Shown piece by piece: positions 1 to 9,917 of a stretch of DNA of 64,000 bases. Positions within the stretch are counted from its first letter, which is position 1; the number at the start of each line of letters is the position of its first letter. The stretch is from NCBI GenBank assembly GCA_050013255.1, contig JBEKFP010000001.1, forward strand, positions 896,001 through 960,000, read 5' to 3'. Origin of the DNA: Candidatus Bathyarchaeia archaeon. Lineage in GTDB: Archaea; Thermoproteota; Bathyarchaeia; 40CM-2-53-6. The notes under the pieces were generated by a model. That model saw only the letters and a list, made by a program, of their open reading frames with translations. It searched no databases and was not told the origin of the DNA. Position numbers and translations under genes: made by a program.

Positions 1-1104
1 TGAGGGATACTTTCCAAGGTCCTCGAAAGTCACTGAGACATCAATTTTCGAATATGGCAATAGGTCTTCAAACGCTTGCTTAATGACGTTAGCATGTATT
101 GTTGAACGAATATCTACTGAACTCTTCTCATCTGCCGTTCTGTTGTCGAAGACGTGAATGTCGAAACTGTAATCTTGCGAGTACACTGGGTCATAAAGAA
201 GGGCAGGAGTGATTAGGTTCTGCGTGGCTTGGGAGACGTAGTCCGCTAGGTATTCTGAGAACCATAATTTTCCATAGGGACTGTGAAGGTCATAATTGTT
301 GTCTCTAAGTGCAATTTGGATGGGTAGCTCTTCAGGATCAGATATCCAGCAAGGGCCAGCGCTAAGGTCGTCAAACCAGAATCTATGTACGCCACCCCAC
401 GCGGACATGAAATCACGGTTTCGCAAACGGTATCCGAGGTCGCTGTCGGTGTAACTAACCCCAAAGTAGTGCGCCGTGCCATTCGGCGTCCCGTACCTCT
501 GCGAATTCAGGAAATCTTTGTAGTTCTGGAAATCATAGGACGGTAGTTCGGTGAGGTTTAGCCACATAAGTGTCCAACCGTTGGACGGAAAGCCTCCTAA
601 GTCCTGCTGGTTGCTGTAAATCCAGTTCTCCGCTTTGTTCGCATCATATACGACGTAATTCATGGAGTGATATTGTTGAGATATGTAACCCGTTGATGGG
701 TCCTGAACATAATAATAGAACCAAGGGTTCGACCCCGTCTTTGCGACTTGAATGGACTGCAGGTATGAGATTAGTTTAGACTTGAATGCGTCACTCGCGA
801 AAGTGTAGCTATAGGCTACCTTGTAAACAACGCCGGTAAGGTAAGGCTGCGGGGATAATACCTGCCCATAGATCGTGGTTGGAACGTTCACATTCCATTT
901 ACTGTAATCTAGGTCTACAGTCGCGGGGTCTATTCCAACAAAAACAACCTTAACTGGAATCGAAACCACGCGGCTACCGTTTGCGGGTGCGATAGAGCCA
1001 CCAATACCGTCGTATGGGTGCGTACTGGAGTAAGCTTGGGTTGGGGCCAACGCTAGCAGGCTAATGATTGTCAAGCACAATAGGACTGAACAACTTCGCT
1101 TCAA
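1..1104 (-). CDS. Secreted or cell-surface hypothetical protein, 3' end runs off the window; absent from the supplied ORF track
   Basis: Manual translation from TTG at 1104 gives MKRSCSVLLCLTIISLLALAPTQAYSS (signal peptide) and an open frame of 368 codons to base 1. Confidence 0.8.
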   Translation of the reverse strand, partial: MKRSCSVLLCLTIISLLALAPTQAYSSTHPYDGIGGSIAPANGSRVVSIPVKVVFVGIDPATVDLDYSKWNVNVPTTIYGQVLSPQPYLTGVVYKVAYSYTFASDAFKSKLISYLQSIQVAKTGSNPWFYYYVQDPSTGYISQQYHSMNYVVYDANKAENWIYSNQQDLGGFPSNGWTLMWLNLTELPSYDFQNYKDFLNSQRYGTPNGTAHYFGVSYTDSDLGYRLRNRDFMSAWGGVHRFWFDDLSAGPCWISDPEELPIQIALRDNNYDLHSPYGKLWFSEYLADYVSQATQNLITPALLYDPVYSQDYSFDIHVFDNRTADEKSSVDIRSTIHANVIKQAFEDLLPYSKIDVSVTFEDLGKYPS

Positions 1105-1347
1105 GAAACACTTCCTCTCATTATTTCAAAATCAGCTTTTCCAAAAGACTGAGCAGACAATCCCGTGATGCCCAGCGAAAGGTTGGAGGGTTTAACATAA
1201 GACTTACTCTCAAATCATTCTCTCCATACGGAATCCGCTCGGTGTTGCGAGATCAAGTCAAGCCCGACTCGCCATTACCTTCATATTCGAACGAAAGAGG
1301 ATGAAAGCCTGAGTTCACCAACTGTTCAGTGGCTTGAGGCGTAGCTA

Positions 1348-1848
1348 TTGCCTAGAAGGAGAAAGAAACGCAAAAAGACCCTAGCGTTGCTTGCATTGAT
1401 CCTGATTATTTGGGCGGCTGGGGTCCTAGTGATTGTCGGCTTTAATCCCTTCAACATGCAGGGAACCGCCCCCACACCAGTTGTCGTAATAATTCAAGCA
1501 GGATCAGCCGAGAATCCTCGCCTGGGCTTCACACCGTCACTGATCAAAATAGTAATTGGAGTAAATAATACTGTCATCTGGAAAAATGAAGATGTGGAAT
1601 GGCATACGGCTCACAGCAACATACCAGAATTCGATTCGAAAATGATTCCACCGGGCACAAGTTTCACGCACACTTTCCAAAGGGCCGGATCATATCCTTA
1701 CCATTGTGACCCACACCCTTGGATGACCGGTCTCATCATAGTCGCGGGTTCAAATCCCATATTTGCGCAACAAACAGCACAATTAGGCATGCCACTGCAA
1801 GTCATGGCGCAAGTCTTTGTTAAGTCAAGTGACGGAACTCAACTGTGA
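1348..1848 (+). CDS. Membrane-anchored cupredoxin (plastocyanin/azurin-type blue copper protein)
   Basis: Basic N-terminus plus TM helix; HT..S and YHCDPHPWM provide type-1 copper ligands His, Cys, His, Met. Confidence 0.9.
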   Translation: MPRRRKKRKKTLALLALILIIWAAGVLVIVGFNPFNMQGTAPTPVVVIIQAGSAENPRLGFTPSLIKIVIGVNNTVIWKNEDVEWHTAHSNIPEFDSKMIPPGTSFTHTFQRAGSYPYHCDPHPWMTGLIIVAGSNPIFAQQTAQLGMPLQVMAQVFVKSSDGTQL

Positions 1849-1988
1849 AAAAAGCAACCATCCCCTCCATAGTCCTTCTCATCGGGGCACTTCTGGCAGT
1901 TTCCATGCCAACTCATGTTAGTGCACACGTCACGGGTGGCGAGACCAAGATTTCTGGAAAATACCGGATACAATTCTTAGTCCTCTGA
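1845..1988 (+). pseudogene. 47-aa ORF with a signal peptide ending VSA-H, probably a truncated secreted protein
   Basis: GTG overlaps the cupredoxin stop (GTGA); MKKATIPSIVLLIGALLAVSMPTHVSAHVTGGETKISGKYRIQFLVL then TGA TGA. Confidence 0.5.
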
Positions 1989-2067
1989 TGACTCCTTTCA
2001 GGCTTGGCTACCAACCGAATGGAATCTAAGCAACTTCCTTAGCAATTTACGGTAAGGGCTTTCTCAA

Positions 2068-3279
2068 ATGAAACTTCTGATTGCAGATAGGCTTCCTCCT
2101 TCCCACGTCGATATGCTACGAAAAATTGTAGAGGACGTAGAATACGCACCAGAACTCACTGTTGATTCATTGCCAGATCACATCTCGGGTTCCAGAATCC
2201 TCGTAGTGAGGGGAACCAAGGTCAGCAGTAGCACGATTGAGAGAGACGTTGAATTAGAGTTGATCGTGCGGGCCGGGGCTGGAACCGAGAACATTGACCT
2301 CGAAACAGCATCAGCCCGAGGTGTCTACGTGACAAATTGCCCCGACAAGAACTCGGCCGCAGTGGCCGAACTAACACTGGGCTTGCTGATAGCAGTTGAC
2401 CGCCGCATCCCCGATCAGAGCATAGCCTTGAAGGAGAGAAGGTGGGACAAGGAGGAGTACTCGAGGGCAGATGGTCTAAAGGGTAAGATTTTCGGTGTCA
2501 TTGGCACGGGCGCGGTTGGTAGAGAGGTAATCAAACGCGCCAAAGCCTTCGACATGCCCGTCGTCGCCTGGTCGCCATCTCTCACCTACCAAAAGGCAGC
2601 TGAACTTGGTGTCACCCGCGCGGCGACCATCGACGAACTAATCGAAAAGAGCGATATCATCTCCCTACACGTCGCCCTAACTCCAGAAACCACACACATA
2701 CTTTCAGCTGAGCGAATTTCGAAGCTCAAGAAAGGTACCATTATCCTAAACACATCCCGCGGTGCCGTCGTTGACAACATTGCGCTGGCTGAAGCGCTAA
2801 AAATGGGTCGGGTGCGCGCCGGGCTTGACGTGTATGAAGATGAGCCAGCAAATGGCAAAGGAAAATTCTCGAGCGTCCTAGCTGGTGTCCCAAGCTGGGT
2901 GGGAACCGACCATATTGGTGCCTCCACAACTCAGGCCCAGGTTGCTACGGCAAGCGAAACTGTTCGGATTATTGAAAAATACGTCAAGACAGGAATTGTG
3001 GAGAATTGCGTGAATTTTGCGAAGGAATCGAGGGCAGCTTACGAACTAATAGTGAGGCATTATGATAGGATCGGTGTACTGACAAGAATTCTGACCGAGC
3101 TTAGGGAATCAAAGATCAGTGTCCACGAAGTGCACAATGTGATATTCGAAGGAGCCAAAGCAGCCGTCGCCCACATCCAGCTCGACACCTATCCACCGCA
3201 AGCGACCCTGGACAGGATCTCTGAACGAAAGACCGAGATTATCAGCGTGAAAATCTTAAAACTTCAACCCATCTCCTAG
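2068..3279 (+). CDS. serA: D-3-phosphoglycerate dehydrogenase-like D-2-hydroxyacid dehydrogenase with C-terminal ACT domain
   Basis: RAGAGTENID, GVIGTGAVG Rossmann motif, NTSRG, DVYEDEP, HIGAST; ACT-like HYDRIGVL. Confidence 0.8.
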   Translation: MKLLIADRLPPSHVDMLRKIVEDVEYAPELTVDSLPDHISGSRILVVRGTKVSSSTIERDVELELIVRAGAGTENIDLETASARGVYVTNCPDKNSAAVAELTLGLLIAVDRRIPDQSIALKERRWDKEEYSRADGLKGKIFGVIGTGAVGREVIKRAKAFDMPVVAWSPSLTYQKAAELGVTRAATIDELIEKSDIISLHVALTPETTHILSAERISKLKKGTIILNTSRGAVVDNIALAEALKMGRVRAGLDVYEDEPANGKGKFSSVLAGVPSWVGTDHIGASTTQAQVATASETVRIIEKYVKTGIVENCVNFAKESRAAYELIVRHYDRIGVLTRILTELRESKISVHEVHNVIFEGAKAAVAHIQLDTYPPQATLDRISERKTEIISVKILKLQPIS

Positions 3280-3372
3280 GCATTCTTGCTGAAAGGCTTG
3301 AGCGGCTACGGAATCAAATTCATTTAACCTTCGGAAGAGGAACTGGAAGTCCCGAGCACACCCAGAAACACT

Positions 3373-4269
3373 TTGGAGGAAGAGTGGCCTATGCTGTTCA
3401 TCGCCTTAGTACTGATCATGGCAGCTGCCTTCCTACATGCGGGTTGGAACGTTTTAGCCAAGGTTTCTAAGGACACGTTTGCGTTGATGTGGTGGGCCAG
3501 CCTTTTCGGAACGTTTGGTTACGGTGCGTGGCTTCTGAGCAGTTCGGGCATCTATCTGAATCCGGGTTCATGGGTACCGTTCATTATCAGTGCAATCGCT
3601 GAGACTGGTTATTTCGTCACACTCGTTCGAGGGTACTCTGAGGGGGACCTATCTCTCGTGTACCCAATCTCAAGGGGCTCCGCACCGATTTTCGCAGTCT
3701 TCTGGAGTGCACTGGTCTTCTCAGAAAAGCTTCCTGTGCTAGGATACTTAGGGGTCGCTTTGATTGTGCTTGGAATTTTCATCGTTTCGAACCCGATCAA
3801 TCGTTCAGAGTCATCAGATGGCTCATGGCAAGTGAGCTCGCTCTTTCGGAAAAATGCGGCAGGCTGGGCGCTGGCCTCTGCAATCTTCATTTCGGTCTTT
3901 TCTGTTTCCGACAAGGTTGCCGTAGCGGCGACTCCTCCGCTGATCTACAATTGGTGGGTTGCCGCCGGCAATACGGTACTGTGGTCCCCCGTAGTTTGGC
4001 GTGGCTCCCGCCTACGAGCGAACATCAAAGAGCTCAGAACCAATTTGCGAGGCATATTAGCGACAAGCATAGCCATCACGATTGCTTACGGGGCCGCGCT
4101 GGCCGCGCTGGCTCTAACGAGCGCGAGTTATGTTGTAGCTGGCCGCGGCTTCAGCGTAGTCATCGGCGCGGTAGTCGGAGCATTATTGCTGAAGGAAAGT
4201 TTCGGTTCCAGCCGAGTAATCGGGGCACTAATTATGGTCACAGGGTTGGTGTTCATTGCGTTTTCTTGA
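3373..4269 (+). CDS. EamA/DMT family transporter
   Basis: About 10 TM helices; HAGWNVLAK and GDLSLVYPISRG motifs. Confidence 0.85.
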   Translation: MEEEWPMLFIALVLIMAAAFLHAGWNVLAKVSKDTFALMWWASLFGTFGYGAWLLSSSGIYLNPGSWVPFIISAIAETGYFVTLVRGYSEGDLSLVYPISRGSAPIFAVFWSALVFSEKLPVLGYLGVALIVLGIFIVSNPINRSESSDGSWQVSSLFRKNAAGWALASAIFISVFSVSDKVAVAATPPLIYNWWVAAGNTVLWSPVVWRGSRLRANIKELRTNLRGILATSIAITIAYGAALAALALTSASYVVAGRGFSVVIGAVVGALLLKESFGSSRVIGALIMVTGLVFIAFS

Positions 4270-4333
4270 TTAACTTGCTTCGGGCATCATATTTTAAAAA
4301 GCAGTAGTAGGGTTTAGTAGTTGAGGAAAAACT

Positions 4334-4600
4334 TTGAAAACTCTGAAACTAGTGATCTTCGGTGTCATAGGCGGTATTGCGATTACTCTGCTGACCGGCC
4401 TATTTCCGAATACGCCTGAAATGTTGGTGGGTGCAGTATGGTACGGGTACCCGCTGGCTTGGCTTGTTCGGCAGCTGGGTAACCCTGCTTACCCAACGGT
4501 ATACAACCTAAGGCCACTTCGGTTCGTCGCCGACATTGTGGGCTGGGCTATTATCGTGGCAATCGTCCTGTTCGCCTACACACGAATGCGCAAGAAATAA
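4334..4600 (+). CDS. Small membrane protein
   Basis: Two hydrophobic segments, YGYPLAWL motif, basic C-terminus. Confidence 0.65.
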   Translation: MKTLKLVIFGVIGGIAITLLTGLFPNTPEMLVGAVWYGYPLAWLVRQLGNPAYPTVYNLRPLRFVADIVGWAIIVAIVLFAYTRMRKK

Positions 4601-4777
4601 TGGCCCTCTCCAAGTAACTCACTGTTTCCTCTCTTTCCTAGATCGCGGCGAGAATTCGTATTTTCTGTGGTTCCTGAAGTTTCAGTGAGTTTACGTATTG
4701 TTGACCGACTGAGACACGTGGTCGAAATGTTATCAAGACGGACTATGTCCGTAAACAGAGCCTATTGTTGTAAGACC

Positions 4778-5494
4778 TTATCCGTTGACTGTCACTTCGA
4801 CGGTTCCAGCTACCAGGTCATAACGCGCCCCAAGTAGGCTTATCTGGCCCGCGTCGAGGGCGTGTGAGATAATTTCGCTTGAGGATTTGAGTTGCTGAAC
4901 TTCCAACGCCACGTTAGCCCTCACTGAGTTATCGATCAAATCACCAGTTTGTCCCTTCGCAATCGTGACGGCAGGCTTGATGGCCTCAACTAAGGTTTCA
5001 ATCTGGCCGTCGGCTTGGGTGTTATTTTGGATTGCTCCAACAGCTGCTTTCACTGCCCCGCAACTCTGATGCCCTAGCACCATAATCAGTTTCGCGCCTT
5101 CTTCGACCGCAAATTCTAGGCTACCTAAAACTACGTTATCAATGACTTGTCCCGCTGTTCTTGCCACGAAGAGGTCTCCAAGTCCTTGGTCGAAGATGAT
5201 TTCGGGTGGGACGCGTGAGTCGATACACCCCAAGATAACTGCCCATGGGTTTTGTCCCTGTGAGACTTCTGCCCTACGCTCCTGCGAAAGGTTTGGGTGG
5301 AGTGAAGCCCCTGCAGCATAACGCCCGTTTCCATCCATCAATCTTCTGAGGGCGTCAGCTGGGGTTGTAACAGGTGCTAGTGTTGGTGGGGTGGGCGTTG
5401 AGAGCACTAAGTTCTTCGCGGCAAATCCTAAGGCAAATCCCGCTGCGGTCAAACCTGCTGCGGAAACGAATGTTCGTCGAGATAGCTTGCGCAT
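4778..5494 (-). CDS. Beta-class carbonic anhydrase with twin-arginine signal
   Basis: SRRTFV Tat motif; CIDSR and HQSCG zinc ligands; FDQGLGDLFVAR. Confidence 0.92.
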   Translation of the reverse strand: MRKLSRRTFVSAAGLTAAGFALGFAAKNLVLSTPTPPTLAPVTTPADALRRLMDGNGRYAAGASLHPNLSQERRAEVSQGQNPWAVILGCIDSRVPPEIIFDQGLGDLFVARTAGQVIDNVVLGSLEFAVEEGAKLIMVLGHQSCGAVKAAVGAIQNNTQADGQIETLVEAIKPAVTIAKGQTGDLIDNSVRANVALEVQQLKSSSEIISHALDAGQISLLGARYDLVAGTVEVTVNG

Positions 5495-5600
5495 GGTTCA
5501 ACTCTCCTTACCTTTACTTCATTCTAAGGTGAAAAGCCTTTGCAGGATTTATTTGAGGGGCCCTTGGTACGGGGGTTAGGTCGTGGAAGAGTCGGCTAGG

Positions 5601-6266
5601 ATGAAGACGTGTGGTTGGGCAACTAGCGACCCATTGCTAAAGGAATACCACGACAAGGAATGGGGCGTTCCACTTCATGAAGACGTGAAATTATTCGAAT
5701 TCCTCATTCTGGAAGGAGCCCAGGCAGGCCTCAACTGGTTGACTGTTCTGAAGAAACGCGAAAATTACTCACGTGCTTTCGACTCATTCGACCCAGCAAA
5801 GGTCGCTCGATATTCAGGCATAGACACTAGGCGGCTTCTCTCAGATCCGGGGATTATACGTAATCGGCTGAAGATTGCGGCAGCGATCACGAATGCTCAC
5901 AAATTCTTGGACGTTCAAGAGAACTTCGGTTCCTTTGATAATTACATTTGGCAATTCACAGGTGGTAGACCAATAAAGCATCATTTTAGGTCAATGTCTC
6001 AGGTCCCCGCAAAATCAAGGGAATCGGATGCTATGAGTGAGGGCCTCTATAGGCGAGGGTTCAAGTTTGTTGGGTCGACAATCTGTTATGCTTTCATGCA
6101 AGCCGTGGGGATGGTGAACGATCACACGGTCAATTGCTTCAGGTACAAACAAACTAGCGTGCAAGCTTCGGCCGGTCAAATCTCCATGCCTAAATTCATT
6201 CCTCTGCCGTGTTCTAGGCTGGAAGACGTAAAGCTTATGCCATTGCGCGCTAAAATTCCACATTGA
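5601..6266 (+). CDS. tag: DNA-3-methyladenine glycosylase I
   Basis: CGWA..YHDKEWG, LEGAQAGLNW, IIRNRLKI, GMVNDH..C; ATG at 5601 is the likely start. Confidence 0.93.
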   Translation: MKTCGWATSDPLLKEYHDKEWGVPLHEDVKLFEFLILEGAQAGLNWLTVLKKRENYSRAFDSFDPAKVARYSGIDTRRLLSDPGIIRNRLKIAAAITNAHKFLDVQENFGSFDNYIWQFTGGRPIKHHFRSMSQVPAKSRESDAMSEGLYRRGFKFVGSTICYAFMQAVGMVNDHTVNCFRYKQTSVQASAGQISMPKFIPLPCSRLEDVKLMPLRAKIPH

Positions 6267-6350
6267 AATTTGCGTGGGCAAATACAAAATCCTAATCATT
6301 TGTCCTAATGTGGTTTGGCCTATCACGCTCGATTATGGAGAAGGAAATCA

Positions 6351-7892
6351 TTGGGTTCAACGCAACTCAAGCAGTTAAGACACAACGGCGTCCTAATCCC
6401 TGACGCTTACAACCCCCAAGGCTTCACCATCAGTTACCGCGGCACACCAATCAAATTGAACCCTCTACAGGAAGAGATGGCCGTCAGGTTTGCGCAGAAA
6501 TTCGGAACCCCCTACACCGAAGACCGAACGTTTTGCTCCAATTTCATGAAAGACTTCGCACAGGCACTACGGATCAAGGAGCAAGTCGCCGTCGAAGATT
6601 TCGATTGGGCTCCTATTGTGAAATGGATTGAAGCTGAGCGAGCCCGTAAGGCGAACATGTCGAAGGAAGCGAAGAAGGAGTTAGCTCAAGCCAGAAAGAG
6701 GATTCGAGAGGAGCGAAAGGAGCACTATGGTTGGGCCACAGTTGACGGCGCGAGAATGGAAATCGGAAACTATGCTGTCGAGCCACCGTCAGTATTCATG
6801 GGCCGCGGCAAGCATCCAATGAGGGGTCACTGGAAACCCGCCATAATCACTAAGGATGTCACCTTGAACTTGAGCCCTGACGCGCCTACACCGCCCGGAG
6901 AATGGGCGGGCCGTGAATGGCGGCCCGATGAACTTTGGATTGCTAAGTGGACCGATAAGCTAGCCGGGAAGGTGAAGTACATTTGGTTCCACGATGCTAC
7001 ACCAATGAAGCAGGAACGGGTTCAGGAAAAATTCGATTTAGCGGGTGAGTTGGATTCGAAGATCGCTAAGGTCCGCGCGCACATAGCAGAGGACCTTGCA
7101 AGCGAAGATATAAAGCGCCGCAAAGTGGCGACGGTAGCGTACCTGATTGACGTTTTCAAAATCCGTGTCGGGGACGAGAAGGAAACTGAGAGCGGCACAG
7201 TGGGGGCAACAAGCCTTCAAAGCGAGCACATTCGCTTCCATAATACGTCCCCCAGAGTCGAGCTGCATTTCCTCGGTAAGGATTCAATTCTGTTCGAGCG
7301 AGAGCTACCGGTCTCCAAGGAAGCTTACAGGAATCTGAAAGAGTTCGCCTCAAATGGCGGACGGATCTTCAGCGGGATAACCACGGAGGCCGTGCGAGAA
7401 TTCCTATCCGAAGCAATGCCACGCCTCAGCCCAAAGGTGTTCCGCACGTTTTCGGCAACCCAACTCTTCAGGCAGGAACTTAACACTAGCAAGGTCAGCG
7501 AGGAGAGTTCTGATGCAGAAAAAAAGATGGCTTTGATGGAGTCGAACGCAGCTGTAGCCCAGTTAATGAACCACCAGAAGGCCATACCAAAGAAATGGGA
7601 AGAGACTTACAAGAAACGGCTTGAAATGTTGCGGTCACTCAAGGGAAAGGAAGGTAAGATGGCCGCGAAAAGAAAGGCATCACTGAAACTTCGCCTCACG
7701 CAAATGAAACTCAACAAGAAATGGAACTTAGGGACATCGCTCAAGAATTACATTGACCCGAGAGTATCGGTGGCGTTTTGTCGAAAAGTAGGCTATGATT
7801 GGAAATCATACTATCCAAAAACTCTCGTGACCAAGTTCATGTGGGCTGATGAAAAACCGCAGGAGTACGCTACTGCGTCACAGACGGCGTAG
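6351..7892 (+). CDS. topIB: Eukaryote-like DNA topoisomerase IB
   Basis: GRGKHPMRG, IRVGDEK, FLGKDSI, KVFRTF, NHQK, GTSLKNYIDPR give the R-K-R-H-Y pentad; TTG at 6351 follows a purine-rich GGAGAAGGA. Confidence 0.95.
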   Translation: MGSTQLKQLRHNGVLIPDAYNPQGFTISYRGTPIKLNPLQEEMAVRFAQKFGTPYTEDRTFCSNFMKDFAQALRIKEQVAVEDFDWAPIVKWIEAERARKANMSKEAKKELAQARKRIREERKEHYGWATVDGARMEIGNYAVEPPSVFMGRGKHPMRGHWKPAIITKDVTLNLSPDAPTPPGEWAGREWRPDELWIAKWTDKLAGKVKYIWFHDATPMKQERVQEKFDLAGELDSKIAKVRAHIAEDLASEDIKRRKVATVAYLIDVFKIRVGDEKETESGTVGATSLQSEHIRFHNTSPRVELHFLGKDSILFERELPVSKEAYRNLKEFASNGGRIFSGITTEAVREFLSEAMPRLSPKVFRTFSATQLFRQELNTSKVSEESSDAEKKMALMESNAAVAQLMNHQKAIPKKWEETYKKRLEMLRSLKGKEGKMAAKRKASLKLRLTQMKLNKKWNLGTSLKNYIDPRVSVAFCRKVGYDWKSYYPKTLVTKFMWADEKPQEYATASQTA

Positions 7893-9917
7893 TACGCGAC
7901 TCCGCCTGGGGCGTTGACGTGCACGTTGCCGCCTTGGTCGTTTGCTTAACGCATGGTACAGGTAAACGTTGATGATTGCGAGCGCAGCAATAACGGTCCC
8001 CATGCCTTCTAATGCGGTTCGGTTCGTTTCTAGGATTGGAACGAGGATTCCAAGTTCCTTTATTGTTTCCTGGGCAAGTGCCGAGGCATCAACTACCTCC
8101 GCCATCGCGGCGGAGTACCAACTTTCGTTGAAATTGCGTTCAGCATCGCTTGCAAGCTGCTTGGCTTGCTGGTACGACGTTGTGATGTTCTTGGGGAGGC
8201 CGAGTGTTTGGTCGCTGGTCAGCCGATCGATTTCCATCAAGTTTGCCTGCAAGCTCTGAAACTTCTCATCGAACGTAAGGTAATTTCCAGTCGTGAATGC
8301 GCCAAACGCTATGTCCCCTCCATACCTTGGCTCGAACCCAAGGTCGGGCCACCAACTCCAAACCATCTTCATGAATTGAGGCCCGCGGGTTGCCATTTGA
8401 TAGTCAATTAGATTGAAGTCCACGCTGTAGGTTCGCTCGAACCATGTGCGGTTCAGGTTAAGAATCGCCTGGGGGTTGATCTGCCCTTCCTTGACGAATG
8501 AGGGTATGCCTGCCTTCTCTACTTCACCCATGTCGGGTTGGTAGAACTGGGGGTAAAGACCCCACCAACTGGAGGAGACATATTTTGTGATGGCCAAGGC
8601 TTGCAGTGGGACTAATGAAGTGTCGGGGTAACGCATGCGTGTCAGCCAATCGGCAGCCAATACGGCGGAACGTGCGTATGTTTCATCGCTCGTGGTTCTT
8701 GTGAGGAAGAGAAGGCCGCGTATTGAGTATGCAGCGCTCCACAACGAAAGAGCGACGTCTGAACCGAACTTGTGCTTCTCAGTGTCGTAGCCATAATAGT
8801 AGCCGCCAACCGCCATGGGGTCGATCGCGTAAGTATGGTTGCCCCAAGCCATGTCAGCGCTAGTGACTTGGAAACTCATCAGCCATTTCGCATATGTTTC
8901 CGCCGCACTCAGGTACCGTTTGTCGCCTGTCAGCCTGTAGAGCTGCGTCCACGCCAAGAGCGTGAAACCTCCGTGGTTTGTTGAAACTGCGGTGGTATAC
9001 CTTGTTCCATTCCATTCGTAAGGCAGAGCACCGTAGACAGGTGTGTTGACCCATTCTTGGCTCATAAACTGTCTGGACAACATATACTGGCCGGCGGCTA
9101 CGGCTGAATTGAGGTAGGTCACGTTACCTGTTAGCAAGTATAGCTCAGCAAGAATCCACGCCGACTCGGTTGTCTCATACATTCTGGGCTTCCAGCCAAG
9201 ATTCCAATAATACTGCGTAACGGGAAACGCGCCAGTGTAATTCCCGGTTTTGATTTGTAATTTCACGAGCCAATTGCCATATCGGTTTAGGATTTGCAGA
9301 GCGCTCTCATCATGTGCCCAACGATAGTACGAAATTAGTGCGGCCGCTATGAGGTTCCCATGTTCAGGAGATGGAAAGGCAGCGTGCAGATTCACAGAAT
9401 CATCTTGTGTTCCGTATCGGGCGTCTGGGCCCGCAGAGACGTCTGCCTGTTCCGCCCAATAGCCGGAATTATCAAGCGTGATATTATGTCCATGAATGGT
9501 CGATAAGATGAGCGCTGGCGTGCTGGTCCTTCCGCTTGGAATTTGCGCGTTCTGGAAATAGTCGTAATAAACGTTGAAGACGTTGAGGTACCTAGGATCT
9601 TTGGTCTGCAGGTACGCGTCGAGCGCGGCGGAGGCCCCCAGGCCGGCATCGTGTCCGGCAATCAAGAACGCGAGCGTTTGTCTTTGACCAGCGGTTATGC
9701 CGTCGGTCCCAGCCGTAATGGTTCCATTATCAAAGTAGAACGGGTCGAGACCCCACGTGCGCTGATCTTGATATGGAATCCCCCATGACGCATTAAGGGG
9801 CGTAACTTGGAAGGAAGTTATCCAATTTGTTGCCTCCAATCCTAACCCGTAGTATCGTGATGCCAAATCATGATCTTGAACCGCGAGGGCCGGAGGCGTC
9901 TGCAACGCCACCGCCAA
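7878..9917 (-). CDS. Secreted helical-barrel protein (six-hairpin glycosidase or prenyltransferase-like) with C-terminal membrane anchor
   Basis: Repeated helix motifs GNWLVKLQ, GQYMLSRQ, AKWLMSFQ, ADWLTRMR; C-terminal TM helix and Arg-rich tail; true start may lie upstream. Confidence 0.6.
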   Translation of the reverse strand: MAVALQTPPALAVQDHDLASRYYGLGLEATNWITSFQVTPLNASWGIPYQDQRTWGLDPFYFDNGTITAGTDGITAGQRQTLAFLIAGHDAGLGASAALDAYLQTKDPRYLNVFNVYYDYFQNAQIPSGRTSTPALILSTIHGHNITLDNSGYWAEQADVSAGPDARYGTQDDSVNLHAAFPSPEHGNLIAAALISYYRWAHDESALQILNRYGNWLVKLQIKTGNYTGAFPVTQYYWNLGWKPRMYETTESAWILAELYLLTGNVTYLNSAVAAGQYMLSRQFMSQEWVNTPVYGALPYEWNGTRYTTAVSTNHGGFTLLAWTQLYRLTGDKRYLSAAETYAKWLMSFQVTSADMAWGNHTYAIDPMAVGGYYYGYDTEKHKFGSDVALSLWSAAYSIRGLLFLTRTTSDETYARSAVLAADWLTRMRYPDTSLVPLQALAITKYVSSSWWGLYPQFYQPDMGEVEKAGIPSFVKEGQINPQAILNLNRTWFERTYSVDFNLIDYQMATRGPQFMKMVWSWWPDLGFEPRYGGDIAFGAFTTGNYLTFDEKFQSLQANLMEIDRLTSDQTLGLPKNITTSYQQAKQLASDAERNFNESWYSAAMAEVVDASALAQETIKELGILVPILETNRTALEGMGTVIAALAIINVYLYHALSKRPRRQRARQRPRRSRVLRRL

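Noticed and set aside
722-740. GGTTCGACCCC resembling a tRNA T-arm
   Set aside because: It lies inside the minus-strand CDS and has no acceptor or anticodon stems.
1986-1991. Selenocysteine readthrough of the short ORF after the cupredoxin
   Set aside because: Tandem TGA TGA is followed soon by TAG, with no meaningful continuation.
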